Positions 1-9,948 of a DNA stretch of 64,000 nucleotides are shown piece by piece. Each line of letters opens with the position of its first letter. Within the stretch, counting starts at the first letter, position 1. This stretch comes from Alphaproteobacteria bacterium (GTDB taxonomy: Bacteria > Pseudomonadota > Alphaproteobacteria > UBA828), in contig CBDCCI010000002.1 in assembly GCA_965214705.1 (NCBI GenBank), forward strand, positions 704,001-768,000, given 5' to 3'. The position numbers and the translations under genes are program-made. The notes under the pieces are model-generated. The model saw only the letters and a program-made list of their open reading frames with translations, was not told where the DNA came from and did no database searches.

Positions 1-1
1 A

Positions 2-1024
2 CACCGCCTCTTCCCGGGTGAGACGCTCCGGCAGCGCTTCGAGCGCTTCCGTCAGCTCACGCAACTGCTCGCGGGTGATGTCCTTGGCCTCGCCCATGAG
101 TGAGGCGATCAGCTCTTCCCGCTCGCAGAAGCCCTCGGCCTCGCCCTGCCAGCGCCGGTGCCTGATCTCGGGATCGTTGTCCGGCGACTTCCCCGCCCGC
201 GTGATCTTGTTCGCCGCCGCCGCGCGCGCAGCATTTCCCTCGACCCTGAAGCCCATGTCGTTCGCCGCATCGACGATCGCTTGCCGCCGCTTCGACCAAT
301 GCGCCGCCAAGTCCTCTGGTACGCCCTTGACGCGGGTGAACTCCCCGTCCCGGCCGTACTGCTCAATGGGGACGCCGAGGCTCTGATGGAGGTTCCAGGC
401 GAGCGCATTGCGGTAGACCGCTCCCGCCGCCTTGGCCCAGCCGTAGACCGGGTGCTGGTGCATGGCCCGCCACTTGCCGTCCTCGTGCGCCCTGGCCGCG
501 TTGAAGATCAGGCAGTGGGTGTGAAGCTGCGGGTCGTTGTCGCGGCTCGTGCCGTGCTGGAACATCGCCGCCATGAGGTCGGCCGGTAGCACTTGGATCT
601 GTCCGTCGCGGTCGCGGATGCGGGTCCAGGCGCAGTGGCGGAACACAGTCTCCTCCAGCGCCACGCGCGCGGCGTCGTTGTGCGCCCGCTCGATCCGGGC
701 GCGCGGCTCAGGATCGGCGATGGCCCACAACGCCGACACGCTCTTGTCTGCCGAGAAGGTCATGTCGAGGCCGGGCGAGCGCTTCTCGCTGCCGGCATTT
801 CGGGTCAGCCTGCCCGAGCCGTCCGGCGCGAAGCCGTGGTAGAGGCGATGGAAGTGGCCGGAATCCACCTTGCCGCCGTCCTCAAGCCCGAACAGGCCGT
901 TGGGGTTGAACCATAGCCCGTCGGGCTCCTCGCCCGCCGTGTAGTACTCGTTGGGATGGCGGAACGAGCGCTGGCTCTCCAGGTAGTAGGCCGCGGAGGC
1001 TGCCTGGGCAAGAGTGGCTACCAC
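2..1024 (-). CDS. MOBF (TrwC/TraI-like) conjugative relaxase, N-terminal part; runs off the window edge
   Basis: Not in the ORF track because it is open at the edge. Manual translation from GTG 1024 (GGAG RBS upstream) gives AAYY..NEYY, DMTFSADKSVS, FQHGTSRDNDPQLHTHC and WSKRR, the MOBF motifs. Confidence 0.92.
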   Translation of the reverse strand, partial: MVATLAQAASAAYYLESQRSFRHPNEYYTAGEEPDGLWFNPNGLFGLEDGGKVDSGHFHRLYHGFAPDGSGRLTRNAGSEKRSPGLDMTFSADKSVSALWAIADPEPRARIERAHNDAARVALEETVFRHCAWTRIRDRDGQIQVLPADLMAAMFQHGTSRDNDPQLHTHCLIFNAARAHEDGKWRAMHQHPVYGWAKAAGAVYRNALAWNLHQSLGVPIEQYGRDGEFTRVKGVPEDLAAHWSKRRQAIVDAANDMGFRVEGNAARAAAANKITRAGKSPDNDPEIRHRRWQGEAEGFCEREELIASLMGEAKDITREQLRELTEALEALPERLTREEAV

Positions 1025-1199
1025 CGCGCGGGCTCCATGGCGGATCGGCCGGCGCCGGCTTCGTAGCCGGGTGGCGACTTCCGAGCCCGGACCGGAAGAC
1101 CGCTGATAGCGATTGATGCAAGATTCCTCATGAGCGTCGGAAAGTTACCCGTTTTGCACGAGCGGACTGCCCAAACCACGTCTATACAACCGGCGATAC

Positions 1200-1224
1200 A
1201 TCCGGCAGTACGCACTTTAGTGCA
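1200..1224 (-). promoter_or_regulatory. Putative oriT (nic region)
   Basis: Minus strand TGCAC-TAAA-GTGCGTACTGCC resembles the R388 TrwC site GCACC-GAAA-GGTGCGTATTGTCT as recalled. It lies between the divergent relaxase and a small accessory gene. Confidence 0.6.
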
Positions 1225-1428
1225 GAGGTGTGAGAGACCTGCTTTTCCATCGGATCGCTTGCCGGAGGCATGGCTCGCGTATATCACGGCTGATGTGCCG
1301 GGCACAAGGTCTTGTGGCGTTTCTTCCCGGAATCCCAACATATATGGATTGACGCATTGACATGGCAGGTGGGCCGGTCGATCATGCGCTGGCTGTCAAT
1401 GGCGCTACAGGACGCAGGGGCTCGCATC

Positions 1429-1731
1429 ATGGTCGCGAGGCGCTTCAACGAATCCGATATCGACTTCGAGGCCATCGATGCTGATCTGGCGAAGCTGGCG
1501 CCGCCGAAGCTGTCCCTCAAGGACGTGCTGGACCGCTTGCGCGAGCGGATGCTCGAGCAAAGGGCCAAGGGCGTCACGGTGGCGCAAATGCACGAGGTGC
1601 TGAAGGCGCGGGGGATCGAGATCGGTGAGCGGAGCCTCAAGACGTTCCTCGACAAGGGAGAGCTGCCGGGCCGGAAGGCGAGGACGGCGGCGCAGACGGC
1701 GATGGCGGATCCGGGCCAGGATCCGTTCTGA
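1429..1731 (+). CDS. Small putative relaxosome accessory / DNA-binding protein
   Basis: 100-aa helical ORF divergent from the relaxase across the putative oriT. Function inferred from position. Confidence 0.55.
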   Translation: MVARRFNESDIDFEAIDADLAKLAPPKLSLKDVLDRLRERMLEQRAKGVTVAQMHEVLKARGIEIGERSLKTFLDKGELPGRKARTAAQTAMADPGQDPF

Positions 1732-1881
1732 GACAGGCGCCGGACGCATGAGCGGCGGCGGACACGTAGAGGCGCCGCCCCGTGTGATGGCAACACCCGG
1801 TGGCGGGGTAGGAGAAGCAGGTACGTCGTCCCGTGCACGGCTGACATTGCTTCTCACAATTGAGAAGCGGAAGAGCGCGGC

Positions 1882-3273
1882 ATGCTCTGTCTGGTGACCA
1901 AGTCCAAACTGCGCGTCGTGCGGGAGCTCACGGAAGAAGAGGCCGACGCAATCCGAGATCCGCTGCTTGGCGCCTTGTCGGGGAAACTGGCACTGGCCGT
2001 TCTCAGGGAGGGGAGGGAGAACGATCTGTGGCTCCGGTGCGACTGCCGGATCGACATCGACGACGATCCCCTCGTGGCACCGTGCCGCATGGCGGAGGGC
2101 GCCGGGTATTCGTGGCGAAGGCCGCAAGGCGAAAACCGTCCGCAGCACAACGCCGACTGCGTCTTCTACCGGGAGAGCCGCGAAGAGCGCGCCAAGAATA
2201 ATTGGCGTCGAGCGGCGTGGGTGCCGCCGGAGGGGTATTTTGCGGCGCTACGCGCCCGCAAGGACGGCAATTCGACGGAGTTGGATATCAGCGAGGTCGG
2301 CACGGAGCTGACCGACCCCTTGCATGCGTCTGGGGAAGACGGGGACAGAGAACCGGGTCGGCGGCGGATGCCGGCATTGCCGAGGCTCCTGTGCCGGCTA
2401 TTGAAGCCGGCCGGCCTCACGCGGGTGCGGGCGAATGAGCCCCCACCGGGCATCGGTGGGTGGGTGGATGCCATGCGCACCGCTGCGAAGACAATGGAGG
2501 TCGCGCCCGGACACTCCTTGGACGGGCTCCTGTTCCTTTGGCGCGCCGGCTGGGACCGGCGGCGCGCGCATGCGCGGGTCCGGGAGGCCGCAGAGGACTT
2601 CCCGAAGGGCCATGTGCCGCAAGGGTTCGTGTGCTTTCCGGTACGCCACGTGGGAGAGAGGTCCCTGCCGGCGACCAGCAAGTACGGCGAGCTCGAAGTG
2701 GTCACGCGGATCAAGCGGCCGACGATCGGCGGGCGCCCCGTGTCGGGCCCCTGCCTGTTCTTCGGCGTGGTGGCGCTGACCACCAGGCGGCGGGGATACG
2801 AGTGCGTGCGGGGCTGGGCGCAGCCCATCGTGTCGGTCCACCGCCCCGTGCCGGTCGACTCGGACTTCGAGCGCCAGGCCTTCGATACGCTCACGACGAC
2901 GCTGTGGATATTGGACAAGGAATTCCCGGATGCCGAGTTCACGATGGAGAAGCCGGTGTTCGAGATGGACACCAAGCAAGGGCCGTGCCGGCCTGACTTC
3001 CTCATCAAGGCGCGGCGGAAGGGCGAGGTGCGAACCTGGGTGGTGGAGGTGATGGGCTTCGAGCGGCCCGACTACCTCGCCGGCAAGGAAGTCACGCACG
3101 AGCGCATGGAGGAGTTGGGCCCCGTCATCCTCATGGACGGGAAGCGGTTCAAGGCTGAATTGACCAGCGAGGGTCGCAAGGTGACGGAACGGATCCGCGC
3201 CGATCTGGGACCCTCAAGGACGAGCAGCAGCCGAGAGGAGTCGGCGAATGAGCCAACAGACCAGATTACCTGA
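1882..3273 (+). CDS. DUF1173-like protein with N-terminal Cys/His motif and C-terminal PD-(D/E)XK-like nuclease domain
   Basis: LRCDC...HNADC near the N-terminus; RPDFLI...VVEVMGF..PDY near the C-terminus. Confidence 0.55.
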   Translation: MLCLVTKSKLRVVRELTEEEADAIRDPLLGALSGKLALAVLREGRENDLWLRCDCRIDIDDDPLVAPCRMAEGAGYSWRRPQGENRPQHNADCVFYRESREERAKNNWRRAAWVPPEGYFAALRARKDGNSTELDISEVGTELTDPLHASGEDGDREPGRRRMPALPRLLCRLLKPAGLTRVRANEPPPGIGGWVDAMRTAAKTMEVAPGHSLDGLLFLWRAGWDRRRAHARVREAAEDFPKGHVPQGFVCFPVRHVGERSLPATSKYGELEVVTRIKRPTIGGRPVSGPCLFFGVVALTTRRRGYECVRGWAQPIVSVHRPVPVDSDFERQAFDTLTTTLWILDKEFPDAEFTMEKPVFEMDTKQGPCRPDFLIKARRKGEVRTWVVEVMGFERPDYLAGKEVTHERMEELGPVILMDGKRFKAELTSEGRKVTERIRADLGPSRTSSSREESANEPTDQIT

Positions 3274-3766
3274 CGAGCTTGAGATTACTGGTCGGACGGC
3301 TTCCTATACTTACCGCACACCAGGGAAGTATCTGTTAAAGATACCTGCGGGAATGGAAGTACGCGCCAAATTGCAAGGTGCTCAAGGCGGTGGTGGCGGT
3401 GCAGGATTTTCTAGTGCAGGTCAACAGGGAGAAGGTGGGGGACGTATCGTCCCGGGCAATCCCGGAGGATTGGGCGAGTACAAAGAGACCCAGTGGATGA
3501 AGGGTGGAGACGTCATTCCGATCGAAGTTGGGGAAGGTGGAATGGGAGGTCGTGGGGTGGTGGGGCTACATGGAGGAAAAGGTGTCGATGGGTGGGTGCG
3601 TGTCGAGATTCGTCGGATGGGCGTACAAGCGCGGCTACGTTACGCCTCTATCGGACTCTGGAACAGGGGAACTCTGTGGGTCACTTGGCAGAAGGCTGGT
3701 GTCATTGCAAGCATTGTCGCAGCGACAGCAACAGTCATCGCAGTTGCGATAACCATCTATTCATGA
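3248..3766 (+). CDS. Glycine-rich protein with C-terminal transmembrane helix
   Basis: GAQGGGGGAG, GNPGGLG and VGEGGMGG motifs; hydrophobic C-terminus; lower GC than flanks. Confidence 0.5.
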   Translation: MSQQTRLPDELEITGRTASYTYRTPGKYLLKIPAGMEVRAKLQGAQGGGGGAGFSSAGQQGEGGGRIVPGNPGGLGEYKETQWMKGGDVIPIEVGEGGMGGRGVVGLHGGKGVDGWVRVEIRRMGVQARLRYASIGLWNRGTLWVTWQKAGVIASIVAATATVIAVAITIYS

Positions 3767-3777
3767 ACGTCGCATAG

Positions 3778-3975
3778 GCTCACCGTTTCGGGCACGCCGA
3801 CCTACGGCGTCGACTACACGATCGACGGCGTGAGGGGGTCGAGCGGCTCGGTGACGGTGCGGCCGGGCGAAAAACGCGGCGAGCATCCCGATCAGGATCA
3901 TCGACGACGATTTCGAGGACAGCGGCGAGACGGTGGTGCTGACGATGACAGCGGGCCCGGACTACACGCTGCACG
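3778..3975 (+). pseudogene. Calx-beta domain remnant
   Basis: Frameshifted pieces TVSGTPTYGVDYTIDG / GSVTVRPGE / SIPIRIIDDDFEDSGETVVLTM. Confidence 0.55.
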
Positions 3976-4315
3976 AATGGGGCGCACGGTATGCATCCGG
4001 CGAAGACCGCGGGGTGTCCTGAGCTGAGTTTGGCGGCGGGGAATGCCGGTATTGAAGTGCGGAGTGGACTGTCGGCCCAAGCGGCCAGATCGTGCCGCTG
4101 CTCGGGGAACTAATGAGCTCAAAGAGTGTGACGGGCTCCTCTTGCCCTGATTCATTTCCGGTTAGGAGCAGATTCGCCCAGTCTACACTTGCAGGATTCT
4201 CCATGAACCCCGCGTTGACGAAATTCTTGACCTCGCTTGCCAACCTCGCCATTCATTAATCACATGACGGTGCCGCGAGAGGCGTTGCAGGCCTTTCGAC
4301 ACACGACCTGATACT

Positions 4316-5050
4316 GTGACAGCGCAATATGAAGGTGTCCTGACCGTGCGGTGCAACAGGGGGCGAGCAAGTCCAAGTGGAGACACAAGAATCAAGCTCT
4401 TTTCGGATTCTGCTGGTTATTGTCAAAATCCTGGTTGCAACATGCCCTTATTTCCGGAAGCTTCTGAGCGGCACTCCCACTTTGCCGAAATGGCTCACAT
4501 TTTTGCCGCGACCGACGGAGGTCCGCGTACCGACGCTGAAATGACTGCGCCGGAAAGGGCACACTACGACAACCTGATACTATTATGTGCAAATTGCCAC
4601 ACGATAATCGACAAGGAACCGGAAACATTCACTGACGCACTTATAACCCAATGGAAGCGCAATCACAAATTGAAGCTACAGCATCTCTTTGGTGTTCGTG
4701 TTTTTTCGAGCAGACATGAGCTGCGAGCAGAAATTGATCCACTGCTCACCGAAAATCGTGCGATCCACACAGAATTTGGTCCGGACAGGGACTACCAGTA
4801 TAATCCGGAGGCGCCCGAGGCTCAAGCATGGAAGTCGAGGGTCAAATCATGCATCATTCCAAACAGTAACCGTATTCTCATGTTACTAGACTGCAACAGA
4901 GAACTTCTGACAAGATTGGAAAGGGACGTTTTGGAACGTTTTCGAATTCACGTTAAAGGACTGATCTCTTACCATCTGAATGGCGTCAACGACATAAATA
5001 TACTATTTCCTACCGACATGAACACCATATTGTGTGATCGGAGAGAGTGA
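4316..5050 (+). CDS. HNH endonuclease domain protein
   Basis: SAGYCQNPGC, EMAHI..GPR and DNLILLCANCHTIIDK. Start uncertain. Confidence 0.85.
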   Translation: MTAQYEGVLTVRCNRGRASPSGDTRIKLFSDSAGYCQNPGCNMPLFPEASERHSHFAEMAHIFAATDGGPRTDAEMTAPERAHYDNLILLCANCHTIIDKEPETFTDALITQWKRNHKLKLQHLFGVRVFSSRHELRAEIDPLLTENRAIHTEFGPDRDYQYNPEAPEAQAWKSRVKSCIIPNSNRILMLLDCNRELLTRLERDVLERFRIHVKGLISYHLNGVNDINILFPTDMNTILCDRRE

Positions 5051-5053
5051 AAT

Positions 5054-5689
5054 ATGTCCAATGACTTTGTGAATGGCGTTTTGTCCGAAATCGATGAGGT
5101 ATCGGACTTGAAATGGTTAAGCGAAAATATAGTGCGAATTACTCGTGACACAAAGAAACCATTCACAGCGGGTGTTTTGTCGAAGAAGCAAGTGTCGTTG
5201 GCAGATGTATCGCCACTGATCGATAGCGGAGTTAGTTTCGTGACAAATGTCCCAAAGGCCGGACTGTGGCTGGGCGAAGCAATTGATGCATGCGAAGACG
5301 GTGACGTGGCGTGGGGTCGATTGGGCGCATTGATGTCCGCATGCGCATACGATGACGAGCCAGAAAGACATGAAGATCGACAAGTGTATTTCGCTGTTAG
5401 GGCGATCAGGCAACATAATCGCGTTACCGACCTGACGTACATTTATGACAAACTGTTTGAGGTCACACTCAACAATGATAACTGCCTACTTGTTGCCGTT
5501 CTTCAGGCCTACGATTTGACCGCTGACGAATTGCGGAACGCTCGGAAGAAGTTGGGGAAATTTGATATTGCACTGAAGAACAATCCCAATGGTAGGATTA
5601 CATCTGATGCACGCGAAGCTGCAGAAGGGATGGGTATTCAAGTGCTTGGAATTGGTGAACTTCTAAGGCACATGGGCAGAGGCGGTTAG
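5054..5689 (+). CDS. Hypothetical protein
   Basis: 211-aa ORF, 3 bp after the HNH gene, with the same lower-GC composition. Confidence 0.7.
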   Translation: MSNDFVNGVLSEIDEVSDLKWLSENIVRITRDTKKPFTAGVLSKKQVSLADVSPLIDSGVSFVTNVPKAGLWLGEAIDACEDGDVAWGRLGALMSACAYDDEPERHEDRQVYFAVRAIRQHNRVTDLTYIYDKLFEVTLNNDNCLLVAVLQAYDLTADELRNARKKLGKFDIALKNNPNGRITSDAREAAEGMGIQVLGIGELLRHMGRGG

Positions 5690-5691
5690 TT

Positions 5692-5994
5692 GTGAAAGAT
5701 CTATATGGAGTACTGGCCGCGATCAAGTCGGTAACAGCAGAGTGCGAATCTAAGGGGTGCGAAGCCGAATGGTTTTTGTTTGGCTCTTTTCTGGATCACA
5801 ATATGGTTTCCGACATTGACTTTCTTGTCATTGCACCTGAAGGTGGGTGTATGGAATTCATAAGAGTTGAAGTCGAAAAAGTTCTACCTACATTTCCAGT
5901 GGAGTTGACAATAATGTCACAGGCTGAAGAGGAGGAGTTGAATTTCCTTGCCGTTACAAGGGCTCGTAGCATTGCTGATATTTGTGACGAATGA
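5692..5994 (+). CDS. Minimal nucleotidyltransferase (Pol-beta superfamily)
   Basis: WFLFGS...SDIDFLVI (GS + DxD motif); 100 aa. Confidence 0.8.
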   Translation: MKDLYGVLAAIKSVTAECESKGCEAEWFLFGSFLDHNMVSDIDFLVIAPEGGCMEFIRVEVEKVLPTFPVELTIMSQAEEEELNFLAVTRARSIADICDE

Positions 5995-6054
5995 GGATGT
6001 CATTGTCGGGGGGATGGCACGCTGCGGATTTTCCCAATGTTAATCTTTTATTGC

Positions 6055-7029
6055 TCACTCAAGACCATGATGCCTGCGAACGTGCCCGGACTTCCACGCA
6101 AGCATCGGCATGGCACGGATTCGCGCCCGAATTTCAGGCTCGACATCGAGAAGATCGGCGTCGATCTCACCGCGGTCGAGGACATCATCGAGAAACCTCC
6201 GTTCATTGGCCGAGAGATCGAACAGGAACGTGAGTCGTTCGCGGCAGAGTGCGGCGGTGTGCTCGATCCACGTGCCGATATTCTTACCATCGGCAAGGGG
6301 ACCACGCGGCAGGCAGACGGCGAGGTTCTGACGAAACTCGCGAGGGTCGCACGCAATGGTGTCGGTTGACGCCATTCGCCAATCGCGTCGGTTGCAAACG
6401 CCGATGGCCAGGACGGCGGCCTTGATCCAACCCCAGTTGAGCCCCTCGATCGACAGGATGCGGCGCACGTCGAAGAAGTCGCGTGCGGCGTGCCGGTCGA
6501 AGAGCGCCACGATCTTTCCGGCGACGATCTCATGGAGATCGAGGACGAGAACGCGGCTCGTCCGAGACTCGCCGAAGAGACGGGACTCCATGCGGGTCGC
6601 GCCGAACAGGGGCTGGCGCGCCATGTAGTTCACATCCAGTTCAAGGGAGGCGTTGCCACCGAGAGCGGAAGCATAGCGCAATAGCCATTTGCCGCCGGCG
6701 TGCTCTGTGGGACGGTGCCGGACGGCGTAGCCCTGCGAGGCAAGAAGGCGGTCGATCGCGGCATCGACGTGAGGCCGTTCGCTTTGCATCGTCGTCAGGT
6801 CGAGCGCCCCGATGTAGTTCAGGTCGATGTCCACCGAGAGCCGGTCGAGATCGAGGTGGAAGACATTGAGCGCCGTTCCGCCCTTTAGGACGAGGCGTTC
6901 GGACAGCATCGGGTCTCCAGCAATCTCATCCAGCAAGTCCAGGAGCCGCAGCACCTTTTCCAGCGTGTCCGGCCGGTATCCGGTCTCTCCGGCAAGGCGC
7001 TGCAATGTCTGGACGGTGGGCGGCGCCAT
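6055..7029 (-). CDS. AbiEii/AbiGii-family nucleotidyltransferase toxin (type IV TA)
   Basis: LEKVLRL, LVLKGGTALN, RLSVDIDL, K..ALFDR..ARDFFD. Confidence 0.9.
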   Translation of the reverse strand: MAPPTVQTLQRLAGETGYRPDTLEKVLRLLDLLDEIAGDPMLSERLVLKGGTALNVFHLDLDRLSVDIDLNYIGALDLTTMQSERPHVDAAIDRLLASQGYAVRHRPTEHAGGKWLLRYASALGGNASLELDVNYMARQPLFGATRMESRLFGESRTSRVLVLDLHEIVAGKIVALFDRHAARDFFDVRRILSIEGLNWGWIKAAVLAIGVCNRRDWRMASTDTIACDPREFRQNLAVCLPRGPLADGKNIGTWIEHTAALCRERLTFLFDLSANERRFLDDVLDRGEIDADLLDVEPEIRARIRAMPMLAWKSGHVRRHHGLE

Positions 7030-7839
7030 TCACAGCCCCTCGAACCGGCGTTCGGCGACGTCGGCAGGAAGGATGACGTTCCAGTGCCTGGCCGTCCTTG
7101 CCGATCCAGGTTTGGCGCCCAGCGCATACCGCGGCCGGGAGGGCGCCAGCGCCCGGAGATCTTCTAGCGCACGTTGCGGCACACCCAGCCGCTCTTGTTC
7201 GTGCTCCAGCCAGAAACCGAGTGCGCCGGCAGCCGCGGCGTTGCCGCGCGCGCGCGCATGCCGAACCAATGCCCCGGCGTCAACGCGCGCCACCAAGTCA
7301 AGCGAGTTGAAAAGCTCCTCTGCACCTCCGGCAAGATCGTGACGGTCGAACAGGTCCGCGATGGTACGCTCCAGTGTCGTCACCTTGACATCCAGCCCCA
7401 GGCGATCGACCACCGTCACGCCGTCCGTCGCCGCTCCGTTCGGTCCGGTGAAGCCTCGAGGCGGCCTGACGAACCGGCAGGTAAGGCCGTAGGCCTCGAA
7501 CATGCGCGGTTCACCGGGGGCGATGACCTGCACGTCGTATCCCTCGGAATATGCGTAGCCGTGCAGCTCCAGGGCCGAGTGATAGGCGATCACGCCGCCC
7601 GGGCGAAGCCGCGAGGCCGCCAGGAAGCGGTCAACGGACCATGTTCGCGCATCGGCGTGCTTGGGGACGGACGCAAAGACCTCGCGGGCGATGCGTCGGA
7701 TGTTGCCCGCTTTGAGATGCTGGGCGAGCATCGCCGTGACAACCTTGTCGTTCGGCTCGCGGCCGACGGCAGTGGCGTATTCGGTGCGGCGGAAGACAGG
7801 ATGCGCGCTGAAGAAGGGTGCTGATATGAGCCGGGACAT
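7030..7839 (-). CDS. AbiEi-family antitoxin / transcriptional regulator
   Basis: IAYHSALELHG, VKVTTLERTIAD and WNVILP; abuts the AbiEii gene. Confidence 0.85.
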   Translation of the reverse strand: MSRLISAPFFSAHPVFRRTEYATAVGREPNDKVVTAMLAQHLKAGNIRRIAREVFASVPKHADARTWSVDRFLAASRLRPGGVIAYHSALELHGYAYSEGYDVQVIAPGEPRMFEAYGLTCRFVRPPRGFTGPNGAATDGVTVVDRLGLDVKVTTLERTIADLFDRHDLAGGAEELFNSLDLVARVDAGALVRHARARGNAAAAGALGFWLEHEQERLGVPQRALEDLRALAPSRPRYALGAKPGSARTARHWNVILPADVAERRFEGL

Positions 7840-8053
7840 GGCGTCTTGTCGAGATTTAGTGAAAGTCGTTCATAACCATATATGAAATCTGGCTTGGTCC
7901 TTCAATGGCGAAACGACCGGCATGCCACCTATTCCGCCGCACCGGCGGCACACAACACATCGAATATGGTTTTCTCCGACCCTGGAAAGCCATTCTCATG
8001 CTTTCCGCCGCTTTCCAGCCGGTTTACGGAATTCAGATGTCGCAAATGGCCGC

Positions 8054-9232
8054 TTACGGCGGGGGACTCTCGCCGTCATCACCCAACAGGTTCCCGCCGA
8101 TGCTCTCGGTGATGCGCGACGCGGCAGTCTGCATGGAGTCCCGCGCCAGGTGAGCATAGCGGGCCGTGGTCTGAACCTGGGTGTGCCCGAGGAGCTTCCC
8201 GATCATGGTCAGGCTCTCGCCGAGCGCCAGCGCCCTGCTCGCGAAACTATGACGTAGGTCATGAATTCGCACGTCCTCAAGGTCCGCCCGCTTGCGGATG
8301 CGCCGCCAGGGTCGTTGAAGGTCGGTGAGGTGAGTGCCGGGCAGCTTGCCCGCGATGACCCACGGATTGTCATCCTCGCGGGGAATGGCTGACAGCACGG
8401 CTCGTGCCTCCGGCCCCAGCGGCACCGCCCTTCCGCCGGTCTTGGCATCGGGAAGCTCGATGCAGTCTCCCTTCACATTCTCCCACTGCAAGTCCCGGAT
8501 CTCCGACATTCGGCACCCCGTAAGCAACAGCAGGCGGAAGGCCGCGACCGCGGACGGCATCTCTTCCTCCGCCTCGCGCAGCACCTCCCCAAGGCGCGCA
8601 ACCTCATCCTCCGACAGGAACCGCTCGCGCTGGTGCTCCTTGTAGCGCTTCACATGCCGGCACGGATTGGAGCCGTCTTGGCGCCAGCCCCACACCTCCG
8701 CGAGGTTGAAAAGCTTCGAGAGAACTCCCAGGGTCCGGTTGGCCTGGTAGGGCTTGTCCCGCAGGCCGTGATGCAGGGCGGCAATGTCCTTGCGCTGAAC
8801 CTCCGAGACCCGCATTTCCCCCATCACGGGGTCGATGAACAGCTTCACCGACCGGCTGTACTCCTGCTGGGTGCTCGGCTTGCAGTGATCGGGCACATAC
8901 TCCTTGAGGAACCGCGCGGTCAGCTCGGCCACAGTCGGCTCGGCCTCGCGCTTGGCCTCCCCGTCCCGGGGGTCGATGCCCTTCTGCGCAAGCGACAGGA
9001 TCTCCAGCGCCCGGGCTCGAGCCCGGTCCGCGCTCACCACCCCGGGGGCGCCGATGGTGTACCAGCGAAGCTTCCCGTCGACGCGGGTCTGGACGACATA
9101 GACCTTTCGCCCTGATCGACGCACCCGCAGCCCGAAGCCGGTGAGTTCGCCGTCCCAGTAGACGGTATCGGTGCCGTCCGCCTTGATGGCGTCGACGGAT
9201 CGCTTGGTGATGCGGGGAATTCGCTTGACCAT
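8054..9232 (-). CDS. Tyrosine integrase (P4-like, with arm-binding domain)
   Basis: TGCRMSEI, HDLRHSFAS, LGHTQVQTTARYAH; adjacent to the tRNA-derived att site. Confidence 0.95.
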   Translation of the reverse strand: MVKRIPRITKRSVDAIKADGTDTVYWDGELTGFGLRVRRSGRKVYVVQTRVDGKLRWYTIGAPGVVSADRARARALEILSLAQKGIDPRDGEAKREAEPTVAELTARFLKEYVPDHCKPSTQQEYSRSVKLFIDPVMGEMRVSEVQRKDIAALHHGLRDKPYQANRTLGVLSKLFNLAEVWGWRQDGSNPCRHVKRYKEHQRERFLSEDEVARLGEVLREAEEEMPSAVAAFRLLLLTGCRMSEIRDLQWENVKGDCIELPDAKTGGRAVPLGPEARAVLSAIPREDDNPWVIAGKLPGTHLTDLQRPWRRIRKRADLEDVRIHDLRHSFASRALALGESLTMIGKLLGHTQVQTTARYAHLARDSMQTAASRITESIGGNLLGDDGESPPP

Positions 9233-9294
9233 GCCGCGAGGGCATATCATGCTGGCAAACTATTGGCAAACAGAATCGAACAACTCGGAGACCC

Positions 9295-9390
9295 CTCCAG
9301 ACCGCTTCAGTCCACAACCGAACGGCCTAAACTATTGATCTATCATGCTTCCGTCCCCTCTAGTCCGCTCCAGTCCGTTCTAGTCCACAA
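9295..9390 (+). repeat. Tandem 10-bp repeats (YAGTCCGYTC), putative integrase arm sites
   Basis: TAGTCCGCTC-CAGTCCGTTC-TAGTCCAC at 9361-9388, with related copies near 9295-9315. The same motif recurs before the second att. Confidence 0.6.
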
Positions 9391-9402
9391 GGGGTTTCGA
9401 AA

Positions 9403-9447
9403 CTCATAACCTGAAGGTCGTAGGTTCAAATCCTACCCCCGCAACCA
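9403..9447 (+). repeat. att site: 3' half of tRNA-Met(CAT), not an intact tRNA
   Basis: CTCATAACCTGAAGGTCGTAGGTTCAAATCCTACCCCCGCAACCA: anticodon loop, T-arm and CCA, but no 5' half. Confidence 0.9.
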
Positions 9448-9601
9448 GCGAAAACGCCGCTAAGACCACACCTTAGCGGCGTTTTCATTTTCGGGAAACC
9501 CCTTCCGAAATGGGCTTCGGAATGCCCTCGGAACGGAATTTGGAAGCTCAAGGCGCCAACTTTCAGTTGACGCCTGTACGGCACGACCGTACATTGCTGG
9601 C

Positions 9602-9886
9602 ATGGAGATTCGGAGCATCCGCCACAGAGGGCTGAGGCGGCTTGTTGAAGATGACGACACCAGGGGAATCCGGCCCGACTTGACCGTAAGGATACGGAGC
9701 ATCCTGGCCTCCCTCATCAGCGCCGCTGACATGGACGGCGTTGAGGGGCCGCCGGGCTGGCGCATCCATCGGTTGTCCGGCGACCGGGCCGGAACTTGGA
9801 GCATCAGCACCTCCGGCAACTGGCGGATTACCTTCGATATTCAGGATGGGGCAATCGCGAACCTGAATCTGGAAGACTACCACTGA
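9602..9886 (+). CDS. higB: HigB/RelE-like toxin
   Basis: MEIRSIRHRGL...PGWRIHRLSGDRAGTWSISTSGNWRITF...NLEDYH. Confidence 0.9.
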   Translation: MEIRSIRHRGLRRLVEDDDTRGIRPDLTVRIRSILASLISAADMDGVEGPPGWRIHRLSGDRAGTWSISTSGNWRITFDIQDGAIANLNLEDYH

Positions 9887-9948
9887 CGGGCGAGTGCTTA
9901 TCTCACCGATGACACAGGCCACGATCTGGATATGAAGGACTGTCACCG

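Noticed and set aside
4316-5994. CBASS system
   Set aside because: The nucleotidyltransferase is only 100 aa, too short for a CD-NTase, and no SAVED or Cap domains are evident.
9403-9447. Functional tRNA-Met genes here and at 54088
   Set aside because: Only the 3' 45 nt are present; the acceptor 5' strand and D-arm are missing.
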